64,000 nucleotides of DNA, taken from NCBI GenBank assembly GCA_000004985.1, contig GG738908.1; one strand, 5' to 3'. The notes below the pieces were generated by a model. It made no database searches, was not told the origin of the DNA, and saw nothing but the letters and a program-made list of their open reading frames with translations. Source of the stretch: Naegleria gruberi (Eukaryota). The translations under genes and the position numbers were made by a program. Shown piece by piece: positions 21,551 to 32,047 of the stretch; positions within the stretch are counted from its first letter, which is position 1; each line of letters begins with the position of its first letter.

Positions 21551-23806
21551 TTATTCCATTTTGGAATAATAAACTCCAGAATATTGTTCATCAGATGGTT
21601 CTCCACTAGTGGTTGTGGTCGAATTTCCATTTTCAACCACTGTAATTTTCTTCTTGAAACATTTTTCAATTATTGGAGAAAGTACTTTCAACCAAATGGT
21701 ATCATAATAGAATTCCTTCAATGAAATCTTATCTGCCAATAGGAAAATCACATAAATTTCCAATGCATCAGTTGTGATTTGCATTGTAGTGGATGAGAAA
21801 AAGTACAGAGCTGCTAAAATACTATCGTAACCAAAATATAATGTCAATGCAGAGATAAGTGTTGGAATGAATTGAGCCATTGAAACAATTGCATAAGTAA
21901 TCGAAGTGGCAAGATAATTAGTGCTCACAAATGAGACATCTGAAGCTTGTTTCAATTTTCTTTGAATGAGAACAGACAAGACAAAGAATCCCATTAATGT
22001 AATTATGATTGGTGTTGCAATCAAGACCAGTATCATTACAATCAACCCTTCAGCGCCTGACCCATCTTCATCAAATATATGAGGTATATAGTTCAATAAA
22101 ATTGCACTTAATATAATTACCAATCCACATCCAATTGTAATGGTATAGTAGAAAATGAGCATGATTATTGAGCTCAAATAGGTTTTCTTTCTACTCAAAT
22201 CTGCATTTTGCTTGGTATAAAGTTTGATTTTTTGATAGGTTTGATTCCACTTGATTACCAGAGGAATGAAAACATAATCGAATCCAATAGTGTCCATCGC
22301 TATGGAAATTAAGGTTTTGACAAATCTACTGGACTTGTCATCTTGTGCAGGTTCTGAAAATCCATCTGTCAATTTAATGATACAGTAAGAAAGTCTAAAG
22401 ATCCAGAAAGGAATTACTGAGAGAGCTCTCAAAATCATATCAAAATCTTTAAAAGCATATTTTCCTCTCCTAACGAAATCCCTCACTAATGGTAATACAA
22501 GTACAAAAGTAATTACAATAAATAATACAATTTCAATGCCCAATTCTAAATATGGATTCATAATTACTCTATAAATTGGATAGATAAATATGTGAATACT
22601 GTCACATCTACTTGAGTAAATGTTATTTTCATAACAATAACACATGAATGGATTACCAGTGGTCTGTAAATATTGATCCAGAGACATATATGGATAAAAT
22701 ACAGAGAATCCATTCTTCCCCAAGCAATTTCTTTCTGCAGAACGAGCTGGATAATTTACCATAAATGGACATTCTTGTTTTTGGACTCGAGTTCTAAATT
22801 GAGATTCTGATTTACAATATTGACATCTGTTGGTAAGAATTGATAAAATATGAAGATCTCTATACAGGAATGTTCTCTGTTCAGCATTTTGATAAATTTG
22901 TGAATAATTCTGAGCTCTAAAATACAAATTGAATGGATCATACAATGATTCATTCACATTACAAAATAAATTTTCACATGAAGTGAAATTTAAACTAGGA
23001 TATAAATGTAATAAGTGTTCTTGTCCATTTCTAGTTAATTTTGAAACTAGTTTTGAAACATCTCCACAAATATTAATATAATTGTCCTCTTCCACAGTAA
23101 TTACTTGATAGGTTGACGTAATTGGATAAAATAAATGGCTATCCTGAGTAAATAAATTCATATTCACTTGATCAATAAACGAAACCACCTTACTATAAAA
23201 CATTCCAAAAAAAGAAATTTTAAAGTTTGAATAACTTTGAAAAAACCTAATTTCCTGACATTCTATTTTACCAATCACTGGAGCCATCATTCCATCATTG
23301 AAATAATTATAATACTCATCCGAATTTCTTCTCGTTGTCTCTGTATAATTCAAATTATATGAACAATTCTTCCAGTGCAGTGAATTATGACTCATTGAAT
23401 TAATTGTTCTTGTTTTTCTACTCATAGATCCCAACTGTGATTTTCTTCTATTATTTAATAATGATATCTGTTCATCCTCAAGAGTTGGAACATCAAACTC
23501 CGATTCATCAACATTATTTAAATAATTATTATCATGAAATAATTTCACATCATGGCCACTAGTGTGCACGTTATTAGAATAGAGTGTGTCCATCAAGACC
23601 AAGACCATGATAATGGTCATGTAAATCATCAACAGTATGGTCACTATTTTGCAAAACACATTCATCGAAGATGGTGAGTTGTGTTCTTCTTCTTGTCGGT
23701 GGCTAGTCTTCTCCTGCTGTTTATATCTGCTTCTCGTCGACTCCACCTTTCTCTTTACGTTTATTTCATCAACACCATTATAATGATGAGAATCATTTAC
23801 AGACAT
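21551..23806 (-). CDS. Membrane protein with a large Cys-rich, N-glycosylated ectodomain followed by a ~7-TM C-terminal bundle (receptor-like)
   Basis: It has an N-terminal signal anchor, a ~380-aa Cys-rich region, then seven hydrophobic helices (LGIEIVLFIVITFVLVLPLV ... VIFLLADKI). ATG at 23806. Confidence 0.5.
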   Translation of the reverse strand: MSVNDSHHYNGVDEINVKRKVESTRSRYKQQEKTSHRQEEEHNSPSSMNVFCKIVTILLMIYMTIIMVLVLMDTLYSNNVHTSGHDVKLFHDNNYLNNVDESEFDVPTLEDEQISLLNNRRKSQLGSMSRKTRTINSMSHNSLHWKNCSYNLNYTETTRRNSDEYYNYFNDGMMAPVIGKIECQEIRFFQSYSNFKISFFGMFYSKVVSFIDQVNMNLFTQDSHLFYPITSTYQVITVEEDNYINICGDVSKLVSKLTRNGQEHLLHLYPSLNFTSCENLFCNVNESLYDPFNLYFRAQNYSQIYQNAEQRTFLYRDLHILSILTNRCQYCKSESQFRTRVQKQECPFMVNYPARSAERNCLGKNGFSVFYPYMSLDQYLQTTGNPFMCYCYENNIYSSRCDSIHIFIYPIYRVIMNPYLELGIEIVLFIVITFVLVLPLVRDFVRRGKYAFKDFDMILRALSVIPFWIFRLSYCIIKLTDGFSEPAQDDKSSRFVKTLISIAMDTIGFDYVFIPLVIKWNQTYQKIKLYTKQNADLSRKKTYLSSIIMLIFYYTITIGCGLVIILSAILLNYIPHIFDEDGSGAEGLIVMILVLIATPIIITLMGFFVLSVLIQRKLKQASDVSFVSTNYLATSITYAIVSMAQFIPTLISALTLYFGYDSILAALYFFSSTTMQITTDALEIYVIFLLADKISLKEFYYDTIWLKVLSPIIEKCFKKKITVVENGNSTTTTSGEPSDEQYSGVYYSKME

Positions 23807-23968
23807 TTTTTGTTGTGTTGATATCTGTAATGATTTTGGTTTTACTGGAGTTTATTACTGATAATTAGAATAATCCTCATCATTTATTTGATCAGTGCAC
23901 TGAGTGGGCTTGTTGTGTAATGGCAGTTTTGGTGGTAAAGAGTTTGATATTTACAAATATGGAAGGTA

Positions 23969-25327
23969 TTAAGTATTGCTTTGAATGACAATATCAGTAA
24001 AATTATACAAGTGATAGTAATCACAGGTAATGATATTGAGGAGGGATTGGTCATAACTAGGAATCCATTGTTGAATGGGACTTATCATTGGTTGAGTAAT
24101 ATCGAGAATGGAATAAGGTCGATTGAAGAATCCCTGAACAATCGTTCCAATGTTGGGTGTTAGAACTAGTTGGAGACTGAGGAGAGTATTTGAAATATCA
24201 TCTTTTGATTCAGATCTTTGCTTTAGCTTGCGGAGATTGTATTCATTGAGATAGTTGATATTGAGAGTGTCTCCCCAAGTATATTCAATATCGTCATTGG
24301 TGTGGAAATATTCGGCAATATCAGGACTCGTAGCTTTCAAGTAGTTATCATTGTAAAAAATAAAAACTCTTCTAGTGGTATTAGCCCACATACTTTCCAA
24401 TGTAGAATTCAATTTAAACTGAGATGGTTTGATCATGACATCTCCAACCTGAGTAATTATCTTCGACAATAAATAATCGTGATCCTTTTGAGAAAGTCCA
24501 TAAAAGTGATTGAAATCCAAAATGATAAACTCAGATGGAGCTACATTGATTACAAAATCTCTCACTTCACTCAAAATGTCCATAATTTTTCCAGCATAGA
24601 AATTATGGCAAATTTTGAATTGATTATCCAACGATTCTCTATCATCTTTACATATTCTAACATCAAAATATCTTATTCCGTGATTGAGTTGTTCCGTGGC
24701 AGTACAACTTTGAGTATTTGCCCAAGGAACCAACATCATTAACATGAAAGTTTTTGGAATAAACGGCACTGAAAAGACTTTCCACATTTCAGATGGTGAA
24801 TCATTTGCAAACATTAGTGCAGAATCATTATTTCTAAAATTAATGGAATTTGTAAATGAATCGTGAGTTCCAGGAATTTTAATTCTATTCAGTGGTTTCT
24901 TCTTAATCTTTTCATAGTTATCTGCCATCCATTTGTAATTTTTGTTCGACAATTCTTTACATTTCTGTTCCATCTTTCCTTCTGAAAATATCTTTATAAC
25001 AGGTTCAGTTATATAGAAGGGCTTTTCAAGTTGTGTATCTAAACTTGACGAAACTTTCATTAATTGTTCATCTCCAATTTTTTTTCTTTTCAATTCTTGA
25101 TGAATTTTCCAATCCTTTTCCAAGAGTTTCAATCGATAAGATTGTAAATTATTATTTGATGAAAATATCTTTCCAATAATCTCATTAGTAGAAGAAAATT
25201 CATGAATAAATTGTACAAAAGAAGAGTCATGAAAATATAAAATAGAAAAGAGAGCCACCACACTGATCAAAAATAACAAGCATCCTCCGATGATGAGAGA
25301 AATAAATGATGATGAACTTGTTTTCAT
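23969..25327 (-). CDS. PI-PLC X-domain (PLCXD-like) phosphodiesterase with an N-terminal signal anchor
   Basis: NRIKIPGTHDSFTNSI matches the IPGTHDS catalytic motif of bacterial-type PI-PLC X domains. The true ATG is at 25327 (MKTSSSSFISLIIGGCLLFLISVVALF); the track start at 25408 is a TTG. Confidence 0.55.
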   Translation of the reverse strand: MKTSSSSFISLIIGGCLLFLISVVALFSILYFHDSSFVQFIHEFSSTNEIIGKIFSSNNNLQSYRLKLLEKDWKIHQELKRKKIGDEQLMKVSSSLDTQLEKPFYITEPVIKIFSEGKMEQKCKELSNKNYKWMADNYEKIKKKPLNRIKIPGTHDSFTNSINFRNNDSALMFANDSPSEMWKVFSVPFIPKTFMLMMLVPWANTQSCTATEQLNHGIRYFDVRICKDDRESLDNQFKICHNFYAGKIMDILSEVRDFVINVAPSEFIILDFNHFYGLSQKDHDYLLSKIITQVGDVMIKPSQFKLNSTLESMWANTTRRVFIFYNDNYLKATSPDIAEYFHTNDDIEYTWGDTLNINYLNEYNLRKLKQRSESKDDISNTLLSLQLVLTPNIGTIVQGFFNRPYSILDITQPMISPIQQWIPSYDQSLLNIITCDYYHLYNFTDIVIQSNT

Positions 25328-25535
25328 TTTTTTTGTGCGTTGACTGAAGTTCTTAATTTGATGAAGAGACCAAAGAAAGATGTCAATATTTACAATACTC
25401 GTTTTCAAATTATTAGAAGAGCTAAGGCCTGGTTTATGATTGGTTTGGTGGTAAAGATTTTATGTTGTTTAGATGTTGTAAAATGAATTAATTTCAAGTA
25501 TTGTTAAATAAAGGTATAATTCAAAATGAATGTAA

Positions 25536-25608
25536 GGGGATGTAGCTCACATGGTAGAGCGCTTCTTTAGCATGGAAGAGGTACGGGGATCGATACCCCG
25601 CATCTCCA
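25536..25608 (+). tRNA. tRNA-Ala (anticodon AGC), copy 1
   Basis: GGGGATG-TA-GCTC-ACATGGTA-GAGC-G-CTTCT-TTAGCAT-GGAAG-AGGTAC-GGGGA-TCGATAC-CCCGC-ATCTCC-A. The G3.U70 identity pair is present, and the discriminator is A73. Confidence 0.9.
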
Positions 25609-25685
25609 GCTTACTTTTTCTTTTGTTGGGAGGCTTTACAATAACAATTCCATTTTCCCTAACACGTTAATAATCGAATATGTAT

Positions 25686-27179
25686 TTAGAGTCGAATTCC
25701 AATTATCTCTGAAAGACTATCAATGGTGGAAATATCATCCTTTAAAATTTCTCTCTTATAAAGGTCAATCGGTTCAAAACCAGTTCTTAACATTGCAATA
25801 AATCTTCTCTTTTGAGATGAAAAATAACTTGTTTTCCATTCTTTTTCAGTCAGCAAATACCATGCTTTCAAGAATCTCTTTTCATAGAAAAAGTGAATCT
25901 TCTTGGAAAGAGTTGGATGTGATAGTTCCACAAATGAAGAAATAATTGAGTTAATTACATATAACTCCCTTGAAGAAATAGTTTCCATAGCATAGTAGAA
26001 CTCGTCAAGATTGTTTGTAAAAAAGTCAACTACTAATTTCTGTCCAATAGGAACATTTGATACTCCACTTATAGATTGAACGCTTTGATAAATGCATGTT
26101 GCAACAATTGTAGCATCCTTTTGAAATTTCTCATCGATTAACGAGTAGGCGTCAGGAGTTGAATAAATCAATCGTCTAACAATTTCCTCATCGTTTAGGA
26201 GAGTTTCACCACAGTCTGTCACTATTGTAGGTACATTATGCATTCCATAATACACTAAATATCTTAAAAGTTTCTCCTTTAAAACATTATTGCTTGACAT
26301 TTCATAACAATCCTTTTTCTGTCTGAAAAAACTGAAACAAATTATTGCTGCAAGCTTGTCACAATAGTAGCAATCAATAGTTGAAAATAATTGGTAAAGC
26401 TCTTCAATAGAGCCAAGAAAATAATCATTATCACTTTTCAGTATTGAAATAATTCTCTCACAATCGGTATACTTTTTAGAAACAAGTACAAGCTCATTTG
26501 GTATTTTCAAGTATTGTTCCTCAAAATAGGTTTCATAGTAAGCTTTCCAATGAAATATTCTCATGCACTGATTTATAACCCTGTCTACATCCGATACCAC
26601 TGAAAGGAGACTAGAAACTGGAATATTCAACGTGTCAACACTAATGATTTTTTCTGTACCCTGTGATAATTCCTCTACGTTTACCTTTTTCTTGATTATA
26701 TTTATGAAAGCTGAAACCATTTCAATAATTCTGTCAATTTTAAAAAAGAAGTCTTCATATTCATTTCTGTTAACTTTAAATAACCTTCGGAATTTACGTT
26801 CCATTAGTACTAAATCTCTCTCAAATTTTAAGTGTTCAAGAAAAGTCAACTCTGGAAAATTCAAATAAAACACAATTGGCAAAACTTCACTCAAATCATC
26901 GTTTTCAATATTGATGAATTGCTCTTGCAATTTTTCAAAACGTCCATTTCGTATGCCAAGACAATAAAATTGAATAAATTTGTCAAATTGGAATGGATTA
27001 TGCTTGTCCATTGATCTAAGAATTTTCGAACAAGTATGTGGAAATGCAAGGCTTATTCCGTGCTGGTCATTATCTTGATCAAATTCATCTTTAAAATTTG
27101 TACTGGCACGCAACGGAAGCTGATAAATAAACGAATAGATGAGAGGAAATAAATCATCATCCAAATCTTGTAATTTCAT
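25686..27179 (-). CDS. Hypothetical protein (497 aa); possible N-terminal F-box-like motif
   Basis: Long ORF with ATG at 27179. The motif DDDLFPLIYSFIYQLPL weakly resembles an F-box. Confidence 0.4.
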   Translation of the reverse strand: MKLQDLDDDLFPLIYSFIYQLPLRASTNFKDEFDQDNDQHGISLAFPHTCSKILRSMDKHNPFQFDKFIQFYCLGIRNGRFEKLQEQFINIENDDLSEVLPIVFYLNFPELTFLEHLKFERDLVLMERKFRRLFKVNRNEYEDFFFKIDRIIEMVSAFINIIKKKVNVEELSQGTEKIISVDTLNIPVSSLLSVVSDVDRVINQCMRIFHWKAYYETYFEEQYLKIPNELVLVSKKYTDCERIISILKSDNDYFLGSIEELYQLFSTIDCYYCDKLAAIICFSFFRQKKDCYEMSSNNVLKEKLLRYLVYYGMHNVPTIVTDCGETLLNDEEIVRRLIYSTPDAYSLIDEKFQKDATIVATCIYQSVQSISGVSNVPIGQKLVVDFFTNNLDEFYYAMETISSRELYVINSIISSFVELSHPTLSKKIHFFYEKRFLKAWYLLTEKEWKTSYFSSQKRRFIAMLRTGFEPIDLYKREILKDDISTIDSLSEIIGIRL

Positions 27180-27418
27180 TTTTTTTAATTCTCTCTTTGC
27201 TGAACCAAGTTAAATTATGATGACCTGGAAAGATTACAATTTAAATTAAAAATTAAAAAAAATGTCGTCATGATCAATAGGAGGAGATCGCATGTAATAA
27301 TCGTAACAATCCTTTACAATTATGATCAATAATTAGGAAATAAGATATCCAGTACTCAGGATAAAGGGAATTAAAAAGGAATATCTAGATACAAATAACT
27401 AGAAATATAAAACAGAAT

Positions 27419-27491
27419 CGCCCACCGTGGGGGTCGAACCCACGACCACAAGGTTAAGAGCCTTGCGCTCTACCGACTGAGCTAGACGGGC
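27419..27491 (-). tRNA. tRNA-Lys (anticodon CTT)
   Basis: The minus-strand GCCCGTC-TA-GCTC-AGTCGGTA-GAGC-G-CAAGG-CTCTTAA-CCTTG-TGGTC-GTGGG-TTCGACC-CCCAC-GGTGGGC-G. The anticodon loop is CT-CTT-AA. Confidence 0.85.
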
Positions 27492-27686
27492 TACATATCA
27501 CTCCCCAAAAATCTCAATAAAAAATTATTAAGACTTACTTGTTTAATGGCTGAACTTAATAAAAGAATATTAAATAATGAAAAGAAATTTACTTAATTCA
27601 CTCTTACTTCTCTTGGTTTGGATTATTTCATACAAATACTAGATCAATTAACAAGTAGTTAGTGCATCCACATCATTCAGAATAAT

Positions 27687-29244
27687 CTAGTTTTGCCACT
27701 CGAAGAAGGTTTCGAGAATATGTGTTGGTATTTTATCTCTTTCTGGTACCGAAAGTAAGATTGCAACTTTCTTGAGTTTAGTGCAAGAGTTGCAAATTTC
27801 CTCAACAAGATGGTGAGTACATTGATAGCCTTCAAATCGAATGGACTCCAGTTCTTTAAGATTAGCTATTTTCAGTGCACCAACATCTGTGAGCTCTGGA
27901 GAACCAAGTATTTCAAGCTCTTTGATGCGTGGAAGCTCACAAATGAACGAAACATTTGAGTCTGTAACTTCAGCAATTTGAAGTCGTTCCAATTTTCGAA
28001 GAGGTGAAATGAATGGTATTGAATCTTTCGCACTCCAATTACACGAAAGATTTTTGAGATTGGTAAATGATCCTATTGTTTGAAACATTGAAAGATCCGT
28101 TTCTATTTGAACCAATTGTAATTCGGTCAAATTTGGCAATTTGTTGAAAAGCTCCTTAAATTCCCAGCTTGATATGTCCTCATTTTCAAATGCTAATGAT
28201 GTCAAATTATTGCACTTCGAGAGAGATTTGAAGAACTCTAAATTTTCGACTTCTTTTTGGTGATTCCAAATGTAGTCATTAAAACATGTTTTAAAGGTCT
28301 TGAGTTCTTTCCAATTGTTAATATTCGAGATATATTTCACAGATATGCTTCCTTCTATGTACAGTTTTTCCAATTGAGGAGTGTTCTCTACAAATTCTTT
28401 CGTGATAATTGGAACATCTCCTACATAAAATACTTCCTTAATTTTCTTATTTGTTTTTGCTAACATTTTTCCAATATTTTCAGAGTTGAAAGGAAGTTCA
28501 ACTTGCATATTTAACAGGATAGGCAGGATATGATCCAATTCGAAGAATTTCCACATTGTTAAAAATGTCAAACACTTTCTCTAAAACTACACTTGCACTT
28601 TTAACTCCAATTATATCCAATCTCTTAAAAACTCCACACAAATCAGAATGGTATCGTTTGAGTTTTGACAGTCTCCTCAATGCTTCCTTTTGAGATTGAA
28701 CATCTGCTTTACATTCACACAACTTGTTGACTAATCTTGTTTCCAACATTTCATTATTAGTAATAAACTGATGTCTCAATAGGAGCAGCAACTCTGAATG
28801 ACAATATAACGACAATACTTTTGCATCCACAATTCCATATCTAAATAAGAATTTGACTTGAGTATCTACCTTAAATCTTCCATACCAAGTTCTCATAAAC
28901 GTTTTCAAATTGAAAATTCCTCTCTCTGATGTTGCACTCGACATGAAATCTCCTCCCAAAAAATCGAAAATATATAAAACAATATCAGAAGGAATAAAGG
29001 ATGTTTTGAAAATTTCAAACACTCCCATTGTAGAACTCTTTTTAACGACCGATGCCTTCCTCGTATCACCAACAATCTTTGAGACTCGTGGCTTTGTCTC
29101 TTCCCTCTTGGTGTATGTTATCTTACTTGAAACTAATTCATTCTTTTTCAAAGCTGTGCCTGCGACTTTCTTTTTCTGATCGACCACAAGGCCTTTCCTT
29201 TGATTTTTACCTTCATCAACTTTACTTATCGTTGATTTCTTCAT
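27687..29244 (-). CDS. F-box / leucine-rich-repeat protein, interrupted by a +1 frameshift (possible pseudogene or sequencing error)
   Basis: ORF 28498..29244 encodes an F-box (FIPSDIVLYIFDFLG). ORF 27687..28571 encodes LRRs (LTSLAFENEDIS..., LPNLTELQLVQIE..., LKELESIRFEG...). The two overlap by 74 nt in adjacent frames, and no GT-AG intron can bridge them. Deleting one T from the T5 run at 28561..28565 (minus strand) fuses them. Confidence 0.45.
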
Positions 29245-30017
29245 ATTTTTTTTAAACTTAAAAACAAAAACTTTAAACTTAAAAACTTGTTGGTTGTTCA
29301 GTTAACCGCCTTAACTGATATTTGAATTATTCATCTGTTTTAAAGATTAAATACTTAACCAGTAAACTTAATAAAAAATGCTTAAAGACAAAGAAGGGGA
29401 TCAATCACTGCCACAGGCTGCAGTAAATCCGGCATCCATTCGTATTGAATATGGACCAACTAGATGCTGAGGACAAAAGACACCTCTTCATAAAACTGAA
29501 CGTTTTGAAAGTTTGGTTAGGAGGTGTAGAGTGCAATACAATTTAAAAGTTTGTTATGAAAAGGCTTCAAATTTGAATTCCGTTCAAATTTATTGGGAGG
29601 CAGAGAATGAAAGGGAATTAATATTTGAAGGATATTTGACTAGCTTTAGTGTGTTCGGAAATGGGCCTGGAGACAAGGAAGTGTTGGAATGGATCGAAAA
29701 CAAGATGAAGAAATAGTAATTTTAGATAATATCGAAATTAATTATTAAATTGGAATAGAAAGGATGACAGATTTTCTACCCTTGCAATTATTCTCATCAC
29801 GCAACACTAGTTGCTGTGAGACAAGGAATTGTCTTGAAGATTTCTTGAACGATTTAAATCATTAATAAGAATTTAATATTATTATTTAATTTTAATTATT
29901 TGATTTATTAGGTGTTGTCGAACTAAACATTGCCTACACGACAATGAATGTTCTATTAGTTGCTATTATTGCTCAGAGTCAGTTTATACAATTATAAGAA
30001 TGTAATAATTATTACAC

Positions 30018-31364
30018 TTATTCATATTGTGGTTCAGTTTCACCTTCAATATCACCATCAACTTGATCATCGACAGTGGCATCTTGGTATTGTTGATATT
30101 CATTAACCAAATCAGTCAAGTTGGATTCAGCTTCAGTGAATTCCATTTCATCCATACCTTGATCAATGTAAGTGTGTAAGAAGGCCTTTCTCTTGTACAT
30201 TTGTTGGAATTGAGTACCAATTCTCTTGAAAACTTCTTGGATAGCAGTTGAGTTACCAATGAAAGTACCAGAAACCTTTTGACCAACTGGAGGAACATCA
30301 CAAACAGATGACTTGATATTGTTTGGAATCCATTCAACAAAGTTTTGAGAATACTTTCTTTGCATTCCCAACATTTGTTCATCAATTTCGTTAGTTGACA
30401 AGTTAAGACCTCTGAAAGTAGCACTGGCAGCCAAATATTTACCCATAGATGGATCACAAGCAGCCATCATATTCTTCTTATTGAACATTTGTGAAGTCAA
30501 TTCAGCAATTGACAAGGCAGAGTATTGTTGAGATGAAGTAGCAGCCAAAGGAGCAGAACCAACAACGAAGAAGTGCAATCTTGGGAATGGAATCAAATTG
30601 ACAGCCAACTTTCTCAAATCAGAGTTCAATTGACCTGGGAATCTCAAGCTTGAAGTAACACCAGACATGACACCAGCAACCAAATTATTCAAATCAGCAA
30701 ATGATGGTTGTGGTAACTTTAAGGTTCTAGTACAAATATCGAACAATGCTTCATTGTCCAAACAGAAAACTTCATCAGCAGATTCAATCAATTGATGCAA
30801 ACTTAAAGTAGCATTGTATGGTTCAACAACAGTTTCAGACATTTTTGGTGATGGCAAAACAGAGAAAGCAGCCAACATTCTATCAGGGAAATCTTCCTTC
30901 AATTTAGATAACAACAAAGTACCCAAACCAGAACCAGTACCACCACCCAATGAGTGAGTCAATTGGAATCCTTGCAAACATTCACAATGTTCAACTTCCT
31001 TTCTCAAAACATCCATAATTTGGTCAGCCAATTCAGCACCTTCAGTATAATGTCCCTTTGCCCAGTTGTTACCAGCTGAACCTTCAGAAGCAATGAAATT
31101 ATCTGGACGGAACAATGTACCACTCTTTGATGATTTAACAGTGTCTAAAACTGATGATTCTAAATCAACCAAGACACTTCTTGGTACGTAACGGTTTCCT
31201 TGGCTTTCAGAGAAGTAGACACCCAAGTTTTCCTTTAAAATTGGATTAGTTTCGACGAATTCACCATCGGCATTTAAACCATGTTCATTACGAATGGTTT
31301 CCCAGAAATGTTGACCAATTTGGTTACCACATTGACCAACGCTGATTGATACGATTTCTCTCAT
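30018..31364 (-). CDS. Beta-tubulin, a highly divergent paralogue
   Basis: The sequence has [17 protein letters not shown], the GGGTGSG nucleotide loop ([14 protein letters not shown]) and an acidic C-terminus. It has many substitutions relative to canonical beta-tubulins. ATG at 31364. Confidence 0.9.
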   Translation of the reverse strand: MREIVSISVGQCGNQIGQHFWETIRNEHGLNADGEFVETNPILKENLGVYFSESQGNRYVPRSVLVDLESSVLDTVKSSKSGTLFRPDNFIASEGSAGNNWAKGHYTEGAELADQIMDVLRKEVEHCECLQGFQLTHSLGGGTGSGLGTLLLSKLKEDFPDRMLAAFSVLPSPKMSETVVEPYNATLSLHQLIESADEVFCLDNEALFDICTRTLKLPQPSFADLNNLVAGVMSGVTSSLRFPGQLNSDLRKLAVNLIPFPRLHFFVVGSAPLAATSSQQYSALSIAELTSQMFNKKNMMAACDPSMGKYLAASATFRGLNLSTNEIDEQMLGMQRKYSQNFVEWIPNNIKSSVCDVPPVGQKVSGTFIGNSTAIQEVFKRIGTQFQQMYKRKAFLHTYIDQGMDEMEFTEAESNLTDLVNEYQQYQDATVDDQVDGDIEGETEPQYE

Positions 31365-31466
31365 TTCTATTAGATTATTTAGTGTTGTGTTTTTTTTTGT
31401 TGTGAAAATAATTTTTTGGCACCTGGCAGGTTAAATACGCTTGTGTGACACTTTGTGGTTGTAATG

Positions 31467-31531
31467 TTGGCGCTTTTTTGATATTTTTAAAAATGAGCGC
31501 CAAAGTGTTAAACGTTCACAATTGGCGCCAA
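31467..31531. promoter_or_regulatory. Cluster of three E2F-like GC-rich motifs 100-170 bp upstream of the divergent beta-tubulin start
   Basis: TTGGCGC at 31467-73, GCGCCAAA at 31497-504 and the palindromic TTGGCGCCAA at 31522-31. These are isolated GC 7-10-mers in an AT-rich spacer. Confidence 0.35.
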
Positions 31532-31871
31532 CATGAGACTTGCCTTTTTGCTGGTGTGGGCAACAAATTTCGGTTGAAGTTTGAAGATTGTATCAAACTA
31601 ATCCGTTGATATGCAGTTTTCACAACTGTAAAGAGTGATGGAGGGTTTATTAAAACGTCAAACTGTTAGTTCACAATCTTCACAATAATATTTCAAACTG
31701 ACTCATTTACAAACCCAATAGCATTGAACAAATAAAAGGATTTTGAGTTATATTGCGTGCCCAAAGCGAACAGACATGTTTCATATGTTTTCAATACGCA
31801 GCAACAGGTTTTGAGTTCCCATGAAATTCAAGTATTGTTAAATAAAGGTATAATTGCAAATAAACGTAAGG

Positions 31872-31944
31872 GGAGGTGTAGCTCACATGGTAGAGCGCTT
31901 CTTTAGCATGGAAGAGGTACGGGGATCGATACCCCGCATCTCCA
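31872..31944 (+). tRNA. tRNA-Ala (AGC)-like, copy 2, with an altered acceptor stem
   Basis: The 3' 64 nt are identical to copy 1, but the 5' end reads GGGGAGGTG instead of GGGGATG. The best fold is GGAGGTG/CATCTCC, which gives A3:U70 and G5.U68 and so loses G3.U70. About 45 nt of the 5' flank and about 12 nt of the 3' flank are shared with copy 1. Confidence 0.6.
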
Positions 31945-32047
31945 GCTTACTTTTTTAACAGCAGGCACTAATTTGACAAATATTAAACGTTTCGTAAAAG
32001 TTCAGCTTTTTTGGCCTCAACTAATTTGTTCCAACAGTTAAAATTAT

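Noticed and set aside
29378-29716. Small ORFs around 29378..29716 (MLKDKEGDQSLPQAAVNPASIRIEYGPTRC..., MVRRCRVQYNLKVCYEK...)
   Set aside because: They sit in a relatively GC-richer patch, in different frames, with no convincing GT-AG joins or recognisable domains. A small multi-exon gene is possible but unsupported.
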